From a virus, in the IMG/VR virus record IMGVR_UViG_3300012348_000128, positions 1 to 35,670 of that record: a DNA stretch of 35,670 nucleotides, one strand, 5' to 3'. Shown here one piece after another: positions 31,154 through 35,670 of the stretch (its first letter is position 1; every line of letters starts with the position of its first letter). The translations under genes were made by a program, and so were the position numbers. The notes under the pieces were generated by a model that saw only the letters and a list, made by a program, of their open reading frames with translations, ran no database searches and was not told the DNA's origin.

Positions 31154-31777
31154 TTAAGTTGGCTTGACTATGAATTGCATCCCAGATGTGCTTGAAGAGT
31201 CACTCATGGTCACAGACACAGTTCCTGTTGAACCCGCTGAAATGTTTTGCTTGTAGTAAACACCCCAATCTGGCTGCGCCCCTGCTGTGTTCAGATAAAT
31301 CTGCGTGAAACCTGAAGGTGTTGCAGCAGGTTGGTTTGAGTTACCACCAGCGGTTATAAGTTGGATGCTCCCACTTGTAGTGGCAGTGACTGAAGGAATA
31401 ACTATTGGGTTTGCTGCGGAGGCAAGTGTGCTGTAAACATCAGCCGCACCACCTCGAAACGCCATCAGCGTTACGCCTGTGGCAGCGCCAGTGTTGTTTT
31501 GCCTGAAGACATAACTGGCTGCGTCTACGTGAGTAAAGTAAAACGCAGTGAGTCGTGGCGCACTAGAGTTTGTGGCGTTTGTAATTGTCCAACCGCCACC
31601 GTCCACGCTCCACAGCGTACCGTTACTTGCTGAGTACCCAAAGGCCACCAACAAATCACCGGCTTGGGTTCCATCAGGAATTGTTAATGTCAGGACTCCA
31701 CTTGTCCCTTCACCAGAGGAAGACCCAATAAAAGAGAGCCCTCTTTTAACTGCTCGCAATGCGTGTGTGAGCAACAT
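31154..31777 (-). CDS. Distal tail fibre / receptor-binding protein, 207 aa
   Basis: Trimmed to the ATG that overlaps the upstream TAA. Beta-rich and Ser/Thr/Gly-rich, with AGDLLVAFGYS...GGGWT. Visibly lower GC than the flanking genes. Confidence 0.65.
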   Translation of the reverse strand: MLLTHALRAVKRGLSFIGSSSGEGTSGVLTLTIPDGTQAGDLLVAFGYSASNGTLWSVDGGGWTITNATNSSAPRLTAFYFTHVDAASYVFRQNNTGAATGVTLMAFRGGAADVYSTLASAANPIVIPSVTATTSGSIQLITAGGNSNQPAATPSGFTQIYLNTAGAQPDWGVYYKQNISAGSTGTVSVTMSDSSSTSGMQFIVKPT

Positions 31778-32793
31778 TACGCAACGCTCCCGACCAAAGC
31801 TCCGTACAAGGTTGTTCCGACTTCCCACAACTCAATTACGGTGTAGCCGCTGGTCGCCAGCGTGGGCGCGCTGCCGCCGACCCAAGTCACGCTGGGCCAA
31901 GTGATTGTGCGAGCGGTGCCGTCGTTCACCATCAGCGTCATGCTCTGACCCGCCGCAAAATTTGTTGCTGTGGGGCTTCGGTTAGCGCCCAGAGTCCACA
32001 ACTGAATCGTCCCGTTTGCGGGGTTAAGATCGACAGAAGCCCCGTCTGTGATGGTGAAGACGTTTTCGTAAGTTGCGCCCGACCATTTAATGCTGCCCAC
32101 CACGTCTACCTTCTGGCTGGGGGTGGCCGTGCCAAAACCCGCGTTGCCAGCCCGCGTGAGACGGAAACACTCAGTCGGCCCCGCGCCACCATCAGGGGTC
32201 GTGCCAAACGCCAAGTCTGTTGGCATGTCGTTAGTGCCAGGTGTGGCACTCACCACCGCGTTCATGTACGCGCCCTGCAAGTAAGCCGCGCCGTCATAGC
32301 CGCTGAAAATCACGTTGCCCAACACATCGCCGTTTTGAACAATCGACGAGCTACGAATCTTTTGCAACGAGATGTATGAGCCGTTGGCGTCGTCGGTTTT
32401 GTTGCGGTTGATGACCTGTGGGTAGTACGCGGTGCTGTTTTCCAATGTCAAGGTCTGACCAGTGACAGCCAAAGTGCCAGTAATAGACACGCCCGAGGCC
32501 AAATACTTCATCACCTCAGAGCCAGTCACCACCAGGCGCATGTCACCAGCGCCAGCGCGATACCAGCCGGTCGTTGTCTCACTGCCCCATGCAAGGCCAG
32601 GCACAGTCGATGTGCCGTCGTACAAGCGCAGCGCGGCCGTCATGCCACCCTGACCTGAGCGCGACAAAGAGTCGGTCATGGCAGACGCCAAGTCGCTCAG
32701 CGTTGTGTTGGCCCAAGACGACTCAATCAGCGTCCCAGAAACAACCGGGTTGCCGCTGGGCAGCGTGTAGGTTCCTGATCCATTGCGTGACAT
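31777..32793 (-). CDS. Tail fibre protein, 338 aa
   Basis: The conserved fibre N-terminus GTYTLPSGNPVVSGTLIESSWANTTLSDLASAMTDSLSRSGQGGM...PGLAWGSETTTGWYR. GGAGAA RBS. Confidence 0.8.
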   Translation of the reverse strand: MSRNGSGTYTLPSGNPVVSGTLIESSWANTTLSDLASAMTDSLSRSGQGGMTAALRLYDGTSTVPGLAWGSETTTGWYRAGAGDMRLVVTGSEVMKYLASGVSITGTLAVTGQTLTLENSTAYYPQVINRNKTDDANGSYISLQKIRSSSIVQNGDVLGNVIFSGYDGAAYLQGAYMNAVVSATPGTNDMPTDLAFGTTPDGGAGPTECFRLTRAGNAGFGTATPSQKVDVVGSIKWSGATYENVFTITDGASVDLNPANGTIQLWTLGANRSPTATNFAAGQSMTLMVNDGTARTITWPSVTWVGGSAPTLATSGYTVIELWEVGTTLYGALVGSVA

Positions 32794-32805
32794 GTTTTTC
32801 TCCGA

Positions 32806-34680
32806 TTACTGAATTTGTCCTTGAACTGCCAGTTGCGCGGCGTAAGGACGCAGCATCTCGGCAATCGTTTTGGGGTCTGTGGTTGACATGATTTTCGCAG
32901 CCACGCCAGGCTCGGTCAGAGCGCGGGCAAGCAGCTGCTCGGTTTGGCTTTGGGTGAGCCTGAACGGCAGATCAAGCAGCCCAGAGGCCACGCGCCCGAT
33001 CATCGAGTCAGCGGCCGACTGAGGGATGCCCAGCGGGCCAAGGAACTGACGAATCACGTTTTGAGCTCCCAGGTACTGAGCTGTCGGCGAGCCAGGCACG
33101 CGGCCGAGCTCCTGCGAGGCGGCATAACGCGCCATGTCCTCGCCAACGCCCTCGACAGCACGCAGCTGGTCAGGGTCAAGCACGTTTGCCATCTTGGCGC
33201 CGCGCATGCCTGTGGCGCTTGCTGCAGTCGCGTCTGCGTTGCGCAAGGCGTTGGCGTAGCTGTTGGCGTTCACACGCGCCAGCGATCCATCGCTCAGGTC
33301 GGCCAACGCAGGAATGGCTTTGTCGCGCAGGGTCTGCCCGATATCCATCTGGTTGATGGGGCGCGACATAGCGCGGTAGGTGTCCAGCGCCTCACCGTAG
33401 CCTGACGACGCTTGGCGCATGAAGCCCAACAGCTCGGCTTGAGTATCTTTCAAGGCGCCAGCCATTGTGTCGTTGCCTGCACGCTTAGCCTCGCCAATCA
33501 TGCCGTCCATAGCCTTTTTGACGTAGTGCAGACCCTGCACGCTGCCTTCTTGGCCGGTAATGTCGACGCCCTTCTCGGCCGCCAGATTGCGCGCCTGTTG
33601 AATTGCCGTCTTAATGGACGGGCGCTTCATCAGGTCGGCCATCTGACCTTCCAGCGGCGTGGTCATGCTCAAGCCCTCAGCTTCTGCCTTGCGGTACAGC
33701 TGGTTGGCCGCACCCTCACGGGCAGCGTCAAAGAACTCGCGCTTGCCGTCGTTGCCGGCCAGCTCGTCCAGGACGCTTTTGTATCCAGCGACCTGGCGGC
33801 CGCGAGCCTCAGCCAAAGCAGACGCCACATCGGGCGACGTAGAGGCAGCTGCACGCTGCAGCTGGGCAATACCTGGATCCATCGTCATCTCAGCCAATGT
33901 GCCGGGTGCGAGCTGTGGCAAACGGCCTGGCACCGTCACATCGGTCGGAATCAGGGCTGGGTCGCGCAGTTTCGATGGGTCGGTGGCAAAACGATCAAGC
34001 GTGCGCCTGAGCACGCGCTTGCGGCCCTCCTCTGTCAAAGGCTCCAATGCGGCCTTGCCGGCGCCGTAGGTGGCCGACAGCACACGACCAGCGACCTCAC
34101 CGCCTGCACCTGCCAGAGCGCCCATCGTGGCGCCCCCGCCCATGTCCTCGGGGCTGGTCGCCGCGCCAACAAGAGCGCCAGAGCCCGCCGCACCGACGTA
34201 CGGGGCGACAGCTCGAGTGGTTGCTTGAGCCGCTCGGGGCAGCATGCGGGCGCCAGTCTTGACGCCCTCAGTGATGATCTGCTGGCCTTTAAGGCCGGGC
34301 ACAAACGTCAGGGCCAGGTCGGTGCCGTACTTGCCCACCTTACCTGCGGCGGTGCCCATCAAAGGCTTGTCGAGCTCCTCGTCAGCTTTGGCGGCCGCCG
34401 CGTCGTAGTCGCCAATGCCCACCATGTTCGCCAGGCGTTTACCCGAGCGAAAGATGTCGGTCATCGACTTGCCGGCACCTGCCAGCACCTTCTCGGTCGT
34501 GCTCATGCCCGCGGTTGGATCAACGCGCTGGGTGTCGTAGTCGATCTGGTTGTAGAAGCTCGACGACGGGATGTCCGAATAGAACTTCTTGCGAAAACCA
34601 ATTAAAAACTGGTCGTCGCTCAAATCTCCGTACATCGGAAATTTTTGACGGAGCTCGGAGAGCTTGACCTTTTCCATCAT
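32806..34680 (-). CDS. Large internal virion / ejection-type protein, 624 aa
   Basis: Long Ala/Gly-rich ORF that follows the junction-spanning gene with a one-base overlap. Function is inferred from position only. Confidence 0.7.
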   Translation of the reverse strand: MMEKVKLSELRQKFPMYGDLSDDQFLIGFRKKFYSDIPSSSFYNQIDYDTQRVDPTAGMSTTEKVLAGAGKSMTDIFRSGKRLANMVGIGDYDAAAAKADEELDKPLMGTAAGKVGKYGTDLALTFVPGLKGQQIITEGVKTGARMLPRAAQATTRAVAPYVGAAGSGALVGAATSPEDMGGGATMGALAGAGGEVAGRVLSATYGAGKAALEPLTEEGRKRVLRRTLDRFATDPSKLRDPALIPTDVTVPGRLPQLAPGTLAEMTMDPGIAQLQRAAASTSPDVASALAEARGRQVAGYKSVLDELAGNDGKREFFDAAREGAANQLYRKAEAEGLSMTTPLEGQMADLMKRPSIKTAIQQARNLAAEKGVDITGQEGSVQGLHYVKKAMDGMIGEAKRAGNDTMAGALKDTQAELLGFMRQASSGYGEALDTYRAMSRPINQMDIGQTLRDKAIPALADLSDGSLARVNANSYANALRNADATAASATGMRGAKMANVLDPDQLRAVEGVGEDMARYAASQELGRVPGSPTAQYLGAQNVIRQFLGPLGIPQSAADSMIGRVASGLLDLPFRLTQSQTEQLLARALTEPGVAAKIMSTTDPKTIAEMLRPYAAQLAVQGQIQ

Positions 34681-35670
34681 TACCTCTTGCGAATGCCAAA
34701 CGGGTCGCTGTTATCAGTAGACGCGCCAGGAGCGTTCTGTGGCAAAGCTCGCCCGGCGCGAGCCTGCAGCGAGTTCATGTACACCTGATATGCGTCGGTC
34801 TTTTGCTTGACGTTGCCCGGCTTGTCGCCCAGCTGCGGAACCAGCTCGGCAATCTTTTGACGCGCTTCTGACTCGTTTACGCCAGCGCCGGTGGCCGCAC
34901 GCAGCAACGCCTCGGCCATTGAGCCTGCAGCCTGCACAAACATCTGCCGGTCTTCTGGGCGCAAGCTGTTGGCGACGTCTTCTCCAATGCCAGGAATCAG
35001 GCCTGCGCCTCGCTCAGTCACGGTCGGGTAAGCCGCAGCCGGGTTGCGCTTTACGATTTCTGCCATGTTGCGCCGAGCGTTGTCGGCCTGGAAGAACCAG
35101 CCGGCGGCCTTGCGCTCGTCTTCAGAGGGTTGCGCAGAGCTGGCCTTAGGGTTCACGGGCCCGGCGTATACAACAGCCTGGCCGCCTTGGTCGTATGTAA
35201 ACAACTGGCCGCTTTTGCCACGGAAAATCGGCTCGTTGTTTGAGCCCGATCCGATCTGTGTGGCCGCGCCTTGGCCAAGGCCACCGCTGCCTGCGTTCAT
35301 GCGCGAGGTCTGAGCGTTCATGCTCTGGATCTGCAGACCCATGGCTTTGAACTGATTGAGGATCTCGTTTTGCGCCTGCTGAGCGGCCAAGCGCTCTTGA
35401 GACGACTGCGCAGTCTGCGCCAGCGTCTCGTAGGCCTTGGCCTGCTGAAGCAGGAACTCGGCGCGCTTGTCACGATCGGCAAACGGGTCTTTGATGAACT
35501 TGCCATCAGACGTCAGCATGCCGCCGCCCAACTTCATTGGGTCGCGTGAGGCGGCCGCCTTCTTGAGCAGCTGCTCCTGCACAGGCGCAAAGTTATCGCC
35601 GGCGAACTGAGCCGCCAGCGCGTTCAGCATTGCGCCTTCGCCTTGTTCACCGCGCTGCTTAGCGAACTCC
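34680..35670 (-). CDS. C-terminal part of the junction-spanning internal virion protein (N-terminus at 279..1)
   Basis: The frame is open from 35670 down to the TAA at 34680-34682. The Met at 35630 reported by the ORF track is internal once the circle is closed. Confidence 0.7.
   Translation of the reverse strand, partial: EFAKQRGEQGEGAMLNALAAQFAGDNFAPVQEQLLKKAAASRDPMKLGGGMLTSDGKFIKDPFADRDKRAEFLLQQAKAYETLAQTAQSSQERLAAQQAQNEILNQFKAMGLQIQSMNAQTSRMNAGSGGLGQGAATQIGSGSNNEPIFRGKSGQLFTYDQGGQAVVYAGPVNPKASSAQPSEDERKAAGWFFQADNARRNMAEIVKRNPAAAYPTVTERGAGLIPGIGEDVANSLRPEDRQMFVQAAGSMAEALLRAATGAGVNESEARQKIAELVPQLGDKPGNVKQKTDAYQVYMNSLQARAGRALPQNAPGASTDNSDPFGIRKR
35616..35670. repeat. Terminal direct repeat, copy B (identical to 1-55)
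   Basis: Same 55-mer as positions 1-55. This looks like an assembly overlap of a circular or terminally redundant molecule. Confidence 0.95.

Larger units (their letters stand above)
1..35670. mobile_element. Complete circularly closed temperate phage genome, probably short-tailed; unit length about 35,615 bp
   Basis: The 55-bp ends are identical. The window holds a full set of packaging, capsid, tail-fibre, lysis, replication, recombination, immunity and integration genes plus an attP. No tape-measure, sheath or tube genes were recognised. Confidence 0.8.

Noticed and set aside
1-35670. A search for a DGR (VR/TR plus reverse transcriptase), a CRISPR array, a retron, toxin-antitoxin pairs or a known defence operon.
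   Set aside because: I saw no reverse-transcriptase motifs (YxDD context) in any long ORF. There is no spaced direct-repeat array, and no long near-identical repeat pair involving the fibre genes. The only repeats are those reported: the 55-bp ends, the 66-bp tandem array, the att arms and the heptamer cluster.

Overview
The window is one complete temperate dsDNA phage genome. Positions 1-55 are identical to 35616-35670, so the sequence closes into a circle of about 35,615 bp, and one virion gene runs across the junction. I found no tape-measure, sheath or tube gene, so the phage is probably short-tailed.

Layout:
- A long minus-strand transcription unit runs from a Cro-like gene (21689) through a RepB'-type primase/helicase fusion and an accessory cluster: Zn-ribbon, Rap1a-like secreted protein, glutaredoxin and a PAPS-reductase-like PP-loop enzyme.
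- It continues into the late genes: small membrane protein, putative TerS, FDXHR zinc protein, TerL, portal, scaffold, major capsid, decoration, tail and internal virion proteins, tail fibres and a lysis cassette.
- Many of these genes are joined by ATGA or TAATG overlaps.
- The plus-strand arm (21768-29049) carries a CI-like repressor, small early genes, a Sak4 / DUF669 / Cas4-like recombination module, HNH, RuvC, a short C5-methyltransferase-like gene and a tyrosine integrase.
- Next to the integrase is an attP that contains the 3' 44 nt of a tRNA-Cys(GCA)-like sequence, flanked by arm-type repeats.

I found no CRISPR array, reverse transcriptase/DGR, intact tRNA or recognisable defence operon. 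I cannot claim a convincingly new multi-gene system.

The most promising unexplained items are:
1. a dense TGCACCC/GGGTGCA repeat and palindrome cluster just upstream of the late operon;
2. the thiol-centred PP-loop / glutaredoxin / Cys-rich micro-ORF cluster;
3. an ATP-cone-less NrdR/Ogr-like zinc ribbon;
4. a Rap1a-like periplasmic protein;
5. a 6 x 22-aa tandem-repeat virion-module protein;
6. an AT-richer opposite-strand island inside the structural operon;
7. a 437-aa virion-module protein with pre-toxin-TG-like motifs.

All functional calls come from motif recognition by eye. No searches were run.
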